Assembly: GCA_963770895.1 (NCBI GenBank) | Contig: CAVYRF010000002.1 | Coordinates: 2,656,001-2,720,000, forward strand | Direction: 5' to 3' | Length of the DNA stretch: 64,000 nucleotides | DNA from: an uncultured Acidobacteriota bacterium | GTDB taxonomy: Bacteria > Acidobacteriota > Thermoanaerobaculia > Multivoradales > UBA5704 | Shown: positions 1 through 9,328 of the stretch, one piece after another | Layout of the letters: each line of letters starts with the position of its first letter | Position numbering within the stretch: the stretch's first letter is position 1 | The notes under the pieces: model-generated | Database searches by the model: none | Told to the model about the DNA's origin: nothing | What the model saw: the letters and a program-made list of their open reading frames with translations, nothing else | Program-made: the position numbers and the translations under genes

Positions 1-1575
1 TGGGGCTTCGGCGACGGCTTGTCCGCCACCGGCGCCACGGTCACCCACACCTGGCAGAACTCGGGCGATTTCGCCGTCACGCTGACGGTCAGCGCGGCGG
101 GCTTCGCCAGCCAGGCCGAAACGCGGACGTTCCAGGTTGCCGCCGCGCCGGCGCCGACGTTCCAGACGCTGGTGCTGCCGTGGATCGCCGAAACCCGCGG
201 CGCCCTGGTGCAGTCGAGCGACCTCTATCTGTTCAACCCCGGCACGACGGCGCTGCCGGTGACGCTGCAGTTCCTCAAGCGCGGCACGCCGCAGGTGCCG
301 CCGCCGCAGGCCACCGTCGACATCCAGCCCGGTGCGACGCTGTATGCCCCGGACGTGCTGGAAAACATGTTCCAGCAGAACAACATCGCCGGCTTCCTGA
401 CGGTGACGGTGCCGGCCAGCGATCCGCTGCCGATCATCACGTCCTTCAACACGGTCGTGCAGACCAACGGCAACCAGTTCGGCCAGACGGTGCCCGGGCT
501 GCCGCTGCCGCAGGCGACGCAGACCAACAGCTCGACCGGCACGACCGATACCTTCCAGTACCTGATCGGTCTCAACAACAACGGCACGGAGCTGGCGTAC
601 TTCGGCGTCAGCAATCCCTCGTCGTCGGTCGCCACCTACACCCTGCAGCTGCTCGACAACACCGGTACGCTGATCGGACAGTCCAACGGCGGCCTGACGC
701 TGTCGCCGTACGGCCAGCGCCAGTTCCAGGAAGAGGACATCGAGACCCTGTTCGGCGTCACCAACGCCAGCGACTACCGGGTTTCGATCGAGAACACCAG
801 CAGCTCGCCGCTGTTCCCGTACGGCGAAAACGTGCGCACCGGTTCGCAGGCTCCGACCTTCATCACGCCGGGCTCGACCAGTGCCGCAACGCAGTACGTG
901 ATCGGTGCCTTCAGCACGGCCGGCGCCTGGCAGACGGACGTGGTTCTGGCCAACCCCAGCACGGCGCCGATGGCCGTGACGCTGACCTTCACCCGTACCG
1001 GTGTCACCGCACCGACCACCGCGCCGGTCAAGCTCACCCTGCAGCCGGGTGAGACGCAGCGGCTTGCCAACGCCATCGCCGGCCAGTGGAATCTGAACAA
1101 CACGGTCGGCGTCATCACCGTCACCTCCAGCGAAGCCAGCGGGCCCTATCCGCTGGTCCAGGCGGAGAGCTACAACAACGTGCCGGCTGCCAACCGGTAT
1201 GGCCAATCGATGCGGGCGTTCTCCAGCTCCGACGCGGCGTCGGTGGGCCAGAGCCAGTACCTGGTCGGCCTGCGTCAGGACAACACGTACCTCACCTCGT
1301 TCTGGATCTTCAATCCCAGCACGACCGATGCTGGCATCTATGACGTCACTTACCGCACGCTCGACGGTGCGCTGCTTGGCACGGTGTCCGACGTGGCCCT
1401 GCCTCCGGGCAAGGTGCGCGAATTCCTGCCGACCCAGCACCCGCTGCCGGCGGGTGGAGTCACCGACGGCTTCACCGTGCAGATCCAGGTGAAGAACGGT
1501 CAGGCCATCTCCGCCGCGCAGGTACTCACTGTTTCGTCCGGTGCCCCGGCGTACGTTCAGGGAGCGCCGCGTTGA
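1..1575 (+). CDS. PKD-domain cell-surface protein, 5'-truncated by the window, with repeated beta-rich C-terminal modules
   Basis: Frame is open from base 1 (WGFGDG...THTW...GDFAVTLTV, a PKD motif). Modules with 'xxxNP' strands follow (SDLYLFNP, YFGVSNP, TDVVLANP, SFWIFNP). Ser/Thr-rich. Confidence 0.75.
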   Translation, partial: WGFGDGLSATGATVTHTWQNSGDFAVTLTVSAAGFASQAETRTFQVAAAPAPTFQTLVLPWIAETRGALVQSSDLYLFNPGTTALPVTLQFLKRGTPQVPPPQATVDIQPGATLYAPDVLENMFQQNNIAGFLTVTVPASDPLPIITSFNTVVQTNGNQFGQTVPGLPLPQATQTNSSTGTTDTFQYLIGLNNNGTELAYFGVSNPSSSVATYTLQLLDNTGTLIGQSNGGLTLSPYGQRQFQEEDIETLFGVTNASDYRVSIENTSSSPLFPYGENVRTGSQAPTFITPGSTSAATQYVIGAFSTAGAWQTDVVLANPSTAPMAVTLTFTRTGVTAPTTAPVKLTLQPGETQRLANAIAGQWNLNNTVGVITVTSSEASGPYPLVQAESYNNVPAANRYGQSMRAFSSSDAASVGQSQYLVGLRQDNTYLTSFWIFNPSTTDAGIYDVTYRTLDGALLGTVSDVALPPGKVREFLPTQHPLPAGGVTDGFTVQIQVKNGQAISAAQVLTVSSGAPAYVQGAPR

Positions 1576-1639
1576 AACGCGGTTCTTCCTAGCGCCGAGG
1601 GGGCCGTTCCAAGGCCTTCCAAGCGTCCGTTTTCCTCTT

Positions 1640-1676
1640 GGCCGCCGGGCAGCAGACCGGCGGCCTCTTCTTTTTT
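1640..1676 (+). terminator. Rho-independent terminator after the surface protein gene
   Basis: Stem GGCCGCCGG/CCGGCGGCC followed by TCTTCTTTTTT. Confidence 0.8.
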
Positions 1677-1699
1677 GAACGCGGTAGAATCCCCGCCGG

Positions 1700-3400
1700 A
1701 TGCAAGAGCCCACCGTCGAAGTCGAGCGCCTGAGCAAGGTGTACCGGGTCTACCGGTCGCCGTGGGACCGCCTGCGCGAGGCGCTGCTGCGGCGCCCGCG
1801 GCATCGCGCCTTCAGCGCCCTGCAGGACGTCAATTTCAGCCTGCCGGAGGGTCAGGGGCTGGCAATCCTGGGCGAGAACGGCGCTGGGAAAAGCACGCTG
1901 CTCAAGATCCTGGCCGGCATCAGCACCCCCACTTCAGGACGCCTGAGCGTGCGCGGCAAGATCGCCTCCATCCTGGAGCTGGGCTCCGGTTTCCACCCTG
2001 AGTTCACCGGCCGCCAGAACATCGTCCTCAACGCCGCCATGCTGGGCCTTGGCGAGCGCGAGCTGCAGCAGAAGCTCCCCACCATCATCGAGTGGAGCGA
2101 GCTGGGCGACTTCATCGATCAGCCGGTCAAGGTGTACTCGACGGGCATGGCGATGCGGTTGGGGTTCTCGATCGCCACCCAGGTGGAACCGGACGTCCTG
2201 ATCATCGACGAGGCGCTGTCGGTGGGCGACGGCTACTTCCAAAAAAAGTGCATGGACCGCCTGCTGCAGTTCGTCGGCGGGGGCGGCACCCTGCTGTTCT
2301 GTTCGCACGCCATGTATTACGCCTCGGCGTTCTGCCAGCAGGCCCTGTGGCTGCGCAACGGGCGCGTCGAAGCCCTGGGACCGGTGGCGGACGTCGTCCG
2401 CGACTACGAAACCTTCCTGCTGCACAAGAGCGCTCGCGGCGCGGCCGCTGGCGATGCAGCGGGCGCTGGCAATGCCGCCGGCCGCGACCAGGGCCGCGCC
2501 GGTGCCGCGGCTGGCAAGCCAAGGGCCGGCGGAGCGGGCAAGGCGCCTGGTGAAGGGGACTCCGCGGCGGCCGGAGGTGGGGGAACGGAAGCCGGTGGAG
2601 AGGCGGAGGAACCGGCGCTGGAAGCGGTCCGGCGCCCGGCGCGTCTGCTGGGGGCGCGGGTCGTGGGCGGCGTGGCCGCCTCGGGCCAGGAGGCCGGTGA
2701 GGCCGCCGTGTCTGGCGGAGCTGGCCCGGCGCCAGCGGCAGGTGGTGCGGTCGCTGCGGCTGGTGGCGCCACCACCCCGTCTGGCGGTGTGGCCACGCTG
2801 GGCCAGGACCAGCACGCGGAACCGGGACTTGCGGCTGCGGGCGATGGGCCGCCGCGCTTCGCGCCTGGCGATCGCTGGGAGCTGGAGATCGAATGGGAGG
2901 CGAGCAGCCCCGACGTCGCGTTCCATGTCGGCGTCGGGATCAATCGCAGCGACGACCTGGAAGTCTTGACGCTGGCGACCCACCTGGACGGCAGGCCACC
3001 GATGTCCGGCAGCACCCACTACCAGGTCCGCGTCGTGATGCCGCGGCTACCGCTGGTCAAGGGGGAGTTCACGCTGTACCTGTTCCTGCTCGACGAATCG
3101 GGCCTGCACATCTACGACCAGCGCATCCACCGGCGCGCCTTCACCGTGCAGGCGCCCGGCTACGCCTTCGGGCTGATCACCGCCGATCACACCTGGGTCG
3201 AACCGGCGCCAGCGCCGGGCGTGGGCGCCGGCGTTGCTGCGACCGCCGCGCCGCCCCCGACAGCCCATGGATCGATGTCTGCCGCGGCCGCCGACGCCTC
3301 GGTAGCTGCCCCGGCCGCCGCGATCGTTGCAGTCCCCGCGGGTTCCGCGGCAGCGCGGGAAAACCCGGCTGCTCCGGCCTTGACCGGGCGGCGCAGCTAG
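1700..3400 (+). CDS. wzt: Polysaccharide ABC exporter ATP-binding subunit (Wzt/TagH family) with a C-terminal carbohydrate-binding-type domain
   Basis: Walker A GENGAGKST, LELGSGFHPEFTGRQNI, YSTGMAMRLGF, Walker B LIIDEALSVGD. C-terminal Wzt_C-like strand pattern (LPLVKGEFTLYLFL). Confidence 0.85.
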   Translation: MQEPTVEVERLSKVYRVYRSPWDRLREALLRRPRHRAFSALQDVNFSLPEGQGLAILGENGAGKSTLLKILAGISTPTSGRLSVRGKIASILELGSGFHPEFTGRQNIVLNAAMLGLGERELQQKLPTIIEWSELGDFIDQPVKVYSTGMAMRLGFSIATQVEPDVLIIDEALSVGDGYFQKKCMDRLLQFVGGGGTLLFCSHAMYYASAFCQQALWLRNGRVEALGPVADVVRDYETFLLHKSARGAAAGDAAGAGNAAGRDQGRAGAAAGKPRAGGAGKAPGEGDSAAAGGGGTEAGGEAEEPALEAVRRPARLLGARVVGGVAASGQEAGEAAVSGGAGPAPAAGGAVAAAGGATTPSGGVATLGQDQHAEPGLAAAGDGPPRFAPGDRWELEIEWEASSPDVAFHVGVGINRSDDLEVLTLATHLDGRPPMSGSTHYQVRVVMPRLPLVKGEFTLYLFLLDESGLHIYDQRIHRRAFTVQAPGYAFGLITADHTWVEPAPAPGVGAGVAATAAPPPTAHGSMSAAAADASVAAPAAAIVAVPAGSAAARENPAAPALTGRRS

Positions 3401-4545
3401 TGCACGACCGCCCCGGCTTTGCCCCGCCGGCGACGCGGGCGCGCGACAGCCTGGCGGTGGTGCTGGTGCACTACCACACGCCGGAGCTGGCGGCGGAGGC
3501 GGTCGCGGCGGTGCAACGCGACCTGGCGGCGAGCGGTGGCGGGTGGGACGTGGAGTGGATCCTGGTGGACAACGGCAGCGACGCGGCGGGGCGGGCGCTG
3601 CTGGAACGGCTGCCGGTGCGGCTGCTCGATCCTGGCCGCAACGTGGGGTATGCCGGCGGGGTCAACCTGGGCGTGGCGGCTTCGCGCGCCGAGCACATCG
3701 TGCTGATGAATCCGGACGTGTTGGTGCTGCCCGGCTGCATCGCCGCGCTGGTGGAATGCTTACGGCGCGGTGCCGCGGCGGCTGGACCGCGCTTCTTCTG
3801 GGATGCCGGGCGCCGGCTGGCGCTGCCTCCCGGCGAACCGCGCAGCCGTCGCGGCGAGCTGGCGGCGTGGCTGGCGGCGACGCGCGGCGGCAGCTGGGCG
3901 GCGGCGGCGCGGCGCACCAGCCGCCGCCACTGCCGGCGGCATTGGCTGGCGCGCGAGCCGCTGGCGAGCTACGCCTTGTCGGGCAGCCTGCTGGCGGTGA
4001 CCCGCCAGGCGTGGAACCGGATCGGCGCCTTCGACGAAGGCTTTCAGCTGTATTTCGAGGAGACGGACTGGCTGCTGCGCCTGCGGCGCGCCGGGCTGCC
4101 GGCCCGCTTCGTGCCGGCGGCTCAGGCAGTGCACCTGTTCGGCCGCAGCGCCGCGCGCGAGCCGCGGGCGCAACAGTGGTTCGAGGCCTCGGCGCGGCGT
4201 TTCCGCCGGCGCCACTACGGGGCCTGGTTTGCCGCGGCGCTGGAGCGCCTGGACAGCCTGCCGCGCGAGGTGCCTGCCGTCGTGGTGCCGCCGCTGCCCG
4301 CCGCCGGCATCGACCTGGATGCCTATCCGCGGCCGTTGTGGGTGGAGGTCTCGCCGCTGGCGGCAGGATTCCCCGCCGCCGCCGAGCTGCTGGCGCCGGG
4401 TGCGGCGGCAGGACCCTGGCGGCTGCCTGCCGAAGTGCGGGAGCGTCTGGACGACGCCGTCTGGTACGTCGGGCTGAGCGACCAGCACAGGCGCGACCTC
4501 GGGCGTTTCCGCATCGACCCGGTGGCGGGCGCGGGCGGCGATTGA
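3400..4545 (+). CDS. GT2 glycosyltransferase (WbbL/rhamnosyltransferase-like)
   Basis: GTG start overlaps the wzt stop. VVLVHY, ILVDNGSD, NVGYAGGVNLG, MNPD, FDEGFQLYFEETD. Confidence 0.85.
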   Translation: MHDRPGFAPPATRARDSLAVVLVHYHTPELAAEAVAAVQRDLAASGGGWDVEWILVDNGSDAAGRALLERLPVRLLDPGRNVGYAGGVNLGVAASRAEHIVLMNPDVLVLPGCIAALVECLRRGAAAAGPRFFWDAGRRLALPPGEPRSRRGELAAWLAATRGGSWAAAARRTSRRHCRRHWLAREPLASYALSGSLLAVTRQAWNRIGAFDEGFQLYFEETDWLLRLRRAGLPARFVPAAQAVHLFGRSAAREPRAQQWFEASARRFRRRHYGAWFAAALERLDSLPREVPAVVVPPLPAAGIDLDAYPRPLWVEVSPLAAGFPAAAELLAPGAAAGPWRLPAEVRERLDDAVWYVGLSDQHRRDLGRFRIDPVAGAGGD

Positions 4546-4752
4546 AGCGCGGCCTGCCGCTGGGCAACGGGGGTTGGGGAGGCAGACGCTCGTCCTGGCC
4601 GCGGGCGCCGTGGGCGCTGCGGGCCGGCGACGGGAACCTCACCTGCTGCGTAAGCAGTGCATTGCAGATGCGCCATCCGGTGCACCATCCACGACGACGC
4701 TCGGGCGCTGCCGGGGAAGGGCCGCCAGGAGCGGGGGGATAGAATCGCCACG

Positions 4753-5454
4753 ATGAGCGTCGAGCTGTCATTGGTCATCCCCGCCTACAACGAGGCGGCG
4801 CGGGTGGCGCCGGGGTTGCGGCGTGCGCAGGAATACCTGGCGGCGCGCGGTCTGACGTACGAAGTGCTGGTGGTGGACGACGGCAGCAGCGATGCCACCG
4901 CCGAGGTGGCGGCTGCGGCGGGGGCCAGGGTGCTGCGGCATGCCCGGAACCGCGGCAAGGGGGCGGCGGTCAAGACCGGCGTGCTGGCCAGCACCGGCGC
5001 CAGCGTGCTGATCTCGGACGCCGACTTTTCGACGCCGATCGAAGAGCTCGAAAAGCTGACCGGCCGCCTGGACGACGCCGATCTGGTACTGGGGAGCAGG
5101 GCGCTGGCCGGATCGCTGATCACCGTGCACCAGCCTTTCTATCGCGAGCTGATGGGCAAGACCTTCAACCGCGTGATTCGCGCCGTGGGTGTGCGCGGCA
5201 TCCGCGACACCCAGTGCGGCTTCAAGCTGGCACGCGGCGACGTGGCGCGCTCCCTGTGCTCGCAGCTGACCGTCGACGGGTTCGCCTACGACGTCGAGCT
5301 GATCTGGCTGGCGTTGCAACGAGGCTGCCGGGTGGTCGAAGTGGGGGTCGTCTGGGCCAACTCGCCCGATTCCCGCGTCGACCCCGTCCGCTCTTCGCTG
5401 AGCATGCTCCGGGACGTGCTGCAACTCCGCTGGCGCCACCGGGGCGGCCGTTGA
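4753..5454 (+). CDS. Polyprenol-phosphate glycosyltransferase (Dol-P-Glc synthase/ALG5-like GT2)
   Basis: LSLVIPAYNE, VVDDGSSD, NRGKGAAV, SDADFST, DTQCGFK, FAYDVELI. Start inferred at ATG 4753. Confidence 0.85.
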   Translation: MSVELSLVIPAYNEAARVAPGLRRAQEYLAARGLTYEVLVVDDGSSDATAEVAAAAGARVLRHARNRGKGAAVKTGVLASTGASVLISDADFSTPIEELEKLTGRLDDADLVLGSRALAGSLITVHQPFYRELMGKTFNRVIRAVGVRGIRDTQCGFKLARGDVARSLCSQLTVDGFAYDVELIWLALQRGCRVVEVGVVWANSPDSRVDPVRSSLSMLRDVLQLRWRHRGGR

Positions 5455-8201
5455 CGCTGGGGCTGGCGCTGAATCCGGCCCTGCCTCTGCTGGCCCTGGC
5501 CGCGGCGGCCGGCCCGGCCCTGGCCGCCGCCCTGGCGCGCGCCGGCCGCTGGCTGGACCGCGGCGGCGACCGCGCGCGGCGATCTCCGGGCGCGCCGGAG
5601 GCACCGGGGTCATCTCGTGCACCGGGGGCATCTGGTGCGCCGGGGGCATCTGGTGCGTCCGGCACGCAGGGCATGCACCGGCCGCGACCCCCTCAGAACA
5701 CCGCGCCGTTCCCCGGCGAGCCCCGGCGCCTGTGGCGCGAGCTTGGCACCCCCTGGGCGATCCTGGGCGTCGCCGGCCTGGCGCTGCTCGCGCCGGCCCT
5801 CGCCCTGCCCACCGGCATCCCCAGCCCGGCCGGCACCCTTTCGCTGCTGCCGCCCTGGTCCGGCGCGCCGGCGAGGCCGACCGGCGTCGCCGACACCGGG
5901 CGCCAGCCCGACCCAACCGCGGTGGCGACGCCCGCGGCGACGGCGCACGACATCGGGCGCCCGCCCGCCCCGGCCGCGGCGACGACGCCCGCGGCAACGG
6001 AGCGCGGTGCGGGCGGCTACCCCGGCAATCCGCTGCTGCGGGACGTGACCTACCAGATTCAGCCGTGGCTGCTGTTCATGCGGCGGGAGCTGCGGGCGGG
6101 GCGGTTGCCGGGCTGGAACCCGTTTCAGTTTGCCGGCGCGCCGTTCTGGGCCAACGGCCAATCGGCGGTGCTGTTTCCCCTCCACCTGCTGTTCGTGGCG
6201 CTGCCGCTGTCGCTCGGCTTCAACCTGCTGCCGTGGCTGCGCCTGGTGATCGGCGGCTGCGGGGTCTGGGCGCTGGGCCGCGAGCTGGGCCTGGGGATAC
6301 AGGCGGCGGCCCTTGCCGCGGTCAGCTTTGCGCTGTCCGGCATGCTGGTCAGCTTCGCGCTGTTCCCCATGGGCAACGCGCTGGCGCTGGTGCCCTGGGT
6401 GCTGTGGGCGGTGGAGCGCGTCGCCGCCACCGCCGGCGAGGCGCCTGCCGCCCGCCTGCGGGCTGTCCTGGCCCTGGCGGCCGCGACCGGCCTGCAGCTG
6501 CTGGCCGGCCATCCGGAAACCGCCGCCCATACGGCGCTGCTGTCGCTGCTGTACCTGGCGGTGCGCGGCGGCGCGCACCCCGTCGCCGCCTGGGCCGGTT
6601 GGTGTGGCGGCTGGCTGGCCGGCGCCGGTCTGGCGGCGGTGCAGCTGGTGCCGCTTGCCGCCCTGCTGCCCGCGACGACGCGCTGGCAGGCGGCCGGCGG
6701 CGGCACGGAGCCGCCTTTCGGTCTGCTCCTGCAACAGCCGTTGCGGCTGGTGCTGCCCGAACTCTTCGGCCATCCGGCGCACGGCACCTGGTGGGGGCCG
6801 TTCAACTACTCCGCCACCGCCGTCTACGCCGGCGCCCTGGCCCTGCCCCTTGCCGCCGCCGGCCTCGCCCGCTGCCGCCGCGACCGTCGCTGGCTGGCGC
6901 TCGCTGTTGCAGGCGCCTTCGCCTTTGCCGCCGCCTACCACTGGCCTGGGCTGCGCGATCTGCTGGCGGTTCTTCCGATCGTCGGCCGCGCCGCCCACCA
7001 CCGCCTGATCTTCGGCATCGAGCTGACCGTGGCGCTGCTCGCCGGCGCCGGCTGCGACGAATGGCTGGCCGGGCGCGGGCGCGGCATCCTCGCCGGCAGC
7101 GCCGCCGCCGTGGCGCTGCTGGCCGTAGCCTGGCTGCTGTACCGCGATGCCTGGGCCGCCCACGGTCTGACCGCGGTCGAGACGGCATGGACGCTGGGCG
7201 TGGCCGCCGCGGCAGTCCTCTGCGCCCTGTCGTTGCGTCTGACCGCGCCCTGGCGGCACCACCTGGCGGGGGCGCTGCCGGCGCTTGCGCTCTGCGACCT
7301 GCTGCTCGCCCACGGCGCCATCAACCCGCCCCTGCCGCTGGAGCGCCTCTACCCGCAAACCGGCGCCGTCGCCTTCCTCCAGCAGCAGTCTGGGGAGGGC
7401 AGCCAGGGCATCGGCCGCGGCAGCCAAGAATGGCGAGCCGGGCGGCACGGACGGGACGGCCAGGATAGGCCAGGAGGACCGGAGCCGGCCGCAAGGGTGG
7501 TCGGGATGGGCGAGGCGCTGCGGCCCGACACCGCCACGGTGTTCCGCCTCTACGACCTGCGCGGCGACGATCCGGTGAAGCTTGGGCGCTTCGAAGCTGT
7601 CTACGGGCAGCTCGCCCCCACCGACGCCGTCTACTTCCAGCCGGTCACCCATTGGGATTCGCCCTGGCTCGACCGCCTCGGCGTGCGCTGGGTACTCGCC
7701 GGCCCCGATCAGCCTCCCGCGATCGGCGCCGCGGGCGCCGCAGGCAGGTGGCGTCTGGCCTACGCCGGCGCCGATGCGCGGGTCTACGAGCGCCCGACGG
7801 CGCTGCCGCTGGTACGGTGGGATGCGGCGGGTGGCGGAGACCCGGATGCATTGGCGACGCTGGGACGTGCGCCGGGGCTGTGGCGGATTGCCTGGCGCAG
7901 CGCGATCCGGCGGACGCTGGTGGTGGCGGAGACGTGGGACCGCGGCTGGCGTGCGTACCTGGACGGCCGGCAGGTGCCGGTCCAGCCGGCAGGCGGCCTG
8001 CTGCTGGGGGTGGCCGTGGGTCCAGGCGTCGGCCGGCTGGAGCTGCGCTATCGGCCGCCGGGGCTGCGCGCCGGAGCGGCTCTGTCGCTCGCCACCGTGA
8101 TCCTGCTGGCAGGCCTCGCGGCCTGGCTGTCGCGGGTCGGGGATGGTCCCGCCGCGACGGGCGGCGGCGACAGTGCGACCTTGGAGGCGGGGGTCCGATG
8201 A
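5451..8201 (+). CDS. YfhO-family polytopic membrane protein (GT-C-type glycosyltransferase)
   Basis: TTG start overlaps the upstream stop. GRLPGWNPFQFAGAPFWANGQS, LLAGHPE, many TM segments, C-terminal ETWDRGWRAYLDG...ELRYRP. Confidence 0.8.
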   Translation: MTLGLALNPALPLLALAAAAGPALAAALARAGRWLDRGGDRARRSPGAPEAPGSSRAPGASGAPGASGASGTQGMHRPRPPQNTAPFPGEPRRLWRELGTPWAILGVAGLALLAPALALPTGIPSPAGTLSLLPPWSGAPARPTGVADTGRQPDPTAVATPAATAHDIGRPPAPAAATTPAATERGAGGYPGNPLLRDVTYQIQPWLLFMRRELRAGRLPGWNPFQFAGAPFWANGQSAVLFPLHLLFVALPLSLGFNLLPWLRLVIGGCGVWALGRELGLGIQAAALAAVSFALSGMLVSFALFPMGNALALVPWVLWAVERVAATAGEAPAARLRAVLALAAATGLQLLAGHPETAAHTALLSLLYLAVRGGAHPVAAWAGWCGGWLAGAGLAAVQLVPLAALLPATTRWQAAGGGTEPPFGLLLQQPLRLVLPELFGHPAHGTWWGPFNYSATAVYAGALALPLAAAGLARCRRDRRWLALAVAGAFAFAAAYHWPGLRDLLAVLPIVGRAAHHRLIFGIELTVALLAGAGCDEWLAGRGRGILAGSAAAVALLAVAWLLYRDAWAAHGLTAVETAWTLGVAAAAVLCALSLRLTAPWRHHLAGALPALALCDLLLAHGAINPPLPLERLYPQTGAVAFLQQQSGEGSQGIGRGSQEWRAGRHGRDGQDRPGGPEPAARVVGMGEALRPDTATVFRLYDLRGDDPVKLGRFEAVYGQLAPTDAVYFQPVTHWDSPWLDRLGVRWVLAGPDQPPAIGAAGAAGRWRLAYAGADARVYERPTALPLVRWDAAGGGDPDALATLGRAPGLWRIAWRSAIRRTLVVAETWDRGWRAYLDGRQVPVQPAGGLLLGVAVGPGVGRLELRYRPPGLRAGAALSLATVILLAGLAAWLSRVGDGPAATGGGDSATLEAGVR

Positions 8202-9328
8202 TCGCGGTGCGGGCGACGACGGAGGCCGACGTGGAGGGGCTTTCGGCGCTGTTCGAGGCGCGGTTCGGGCATGGGTTGAGCCTGGCGGCGTGGAGCTGGA
8301 AGTACCGGCAGTTGCCGGGGGTGGCGCGCAGCATGGTGGCGGTGGACGCCGACGGCACCGTGTTGGCGCACGCTGGGGCGCTGCGTCTGGAGGCGCGGTG
8401 GCTTGGGGGCCAGGGGGGCATCTGGCAGCTGGTCGATTTTGCCGGGCGGTCGAGCGGCGCGGGCCTGCGGCCGCCGCTGGTCGAGCTGGGGAGGCAGCTG
8501 CTGGCCGACCTCCCCGCCGCGGGCGAGGCGCCCTGGATCTTCGGCTTCCCCAGCGAGCGTCACTTCCGCCTGGGGGAGCGGGTCTTCGGCTATCGGCCGC
8601 TGGTGCACCTGACCCCGCTGGCGGGGCCGCTGCCTCAGGTGCCGGCGGCTGCGGTGGTGGCGCCGGTGGCGCTGGCGGCGCTGGGGGAAACGGCCCTGGG
8701 GGAAACGGACCTGGAGAGAGCGGCGCCGGCTGACGAAGCGTCGCTGCGATGGCAGTCGGGCGACTGGCGCCTGGCGAGCGGCGATTCGTGCGGCGCATGG
8801 GCGGCGGCGATCTGGGAGCGCTGCGGGGTCCTGGGGATCCGGCGCACCAGGGAGTTCCTCAATTGGCGCTATTGGGCGCGGCCCGACCGGTATTACCGCT
8901 TCTACCGCCTGCGCAACGGGTCTGACCAGGGCCTGGCGGTGTTTGCCTTTGTCGGCGACCAGGCCTGGGCGGCGGAGCTCTGGCTTCCGGGCGGGAGCGA
9001 CTGGTACTCTCCGATGCTTGCCGTCGCCGCCGATCTGCGGGCCGCCGGCCTGCGCAGCTGGCGCTTCTGGCCCCTGCCGCAGCCGGGCGGCGCACACGAC
9101 GCGGCGGCAGCCGCGGGCGCGGTGACCGGCGATGCCGCCATCGCCGCCATCGCCGCCAGCGGCGGCGCAGGTGGGGCAGGCACGGACGCCGGGCTGCTGC
9201 GCCGTCTGGGCCTGCTCCCTGAAAGCGAGCGGCGGTTCGTCGGCTGCCGCGGCGCCGTGGGCGCGGCGGACCCGGCGCCGGCGGCGAGCGGCTTCTACTT
9301 CGCCATGGGTGACTATGACCTCGCCTGA
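8198..9328 (+). CDS. GNAT-family acyltransferase
   Basis: ATGA overlap. WSWKY, LAHAG, WIFGFPS, RTREFLNWRY and terminal GDYD, as in tandem GNAT proteins of glycan loci. Confidence 0.65.
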   Translation: MIAVRATTEADVEGLSALFEARFGHGLSLAAWSWKYRQLPGVARSMVAVDADGTVLAHAGALRLEARWLGGQGGIWQLVDFAGRSSGAGLRPPLVELGRQLLADLPAAGEAPWIFGFPSERHFRLGERVFGYRPLVHLTPLAGPLPQVPAAAVVAPVALAALGETALGETDLERAAPADEASLRWQSGDWRLASGDSCGAWAAAIWERCGVLGIRRTREFLNWRYWARPDRYYRFYRLRNGSDQGLAVFAFVGDQAWAAELWLPGGSDWYSPMLAVAADLRAAGLRSWRFWPLPQPGGAHDAAAAAGAVTGDAAIAAIAASGGAGGAGTDAGLLRRLGLLPESERRFVGCRGAVGAADPAPAASGFYFAMGDYDLA

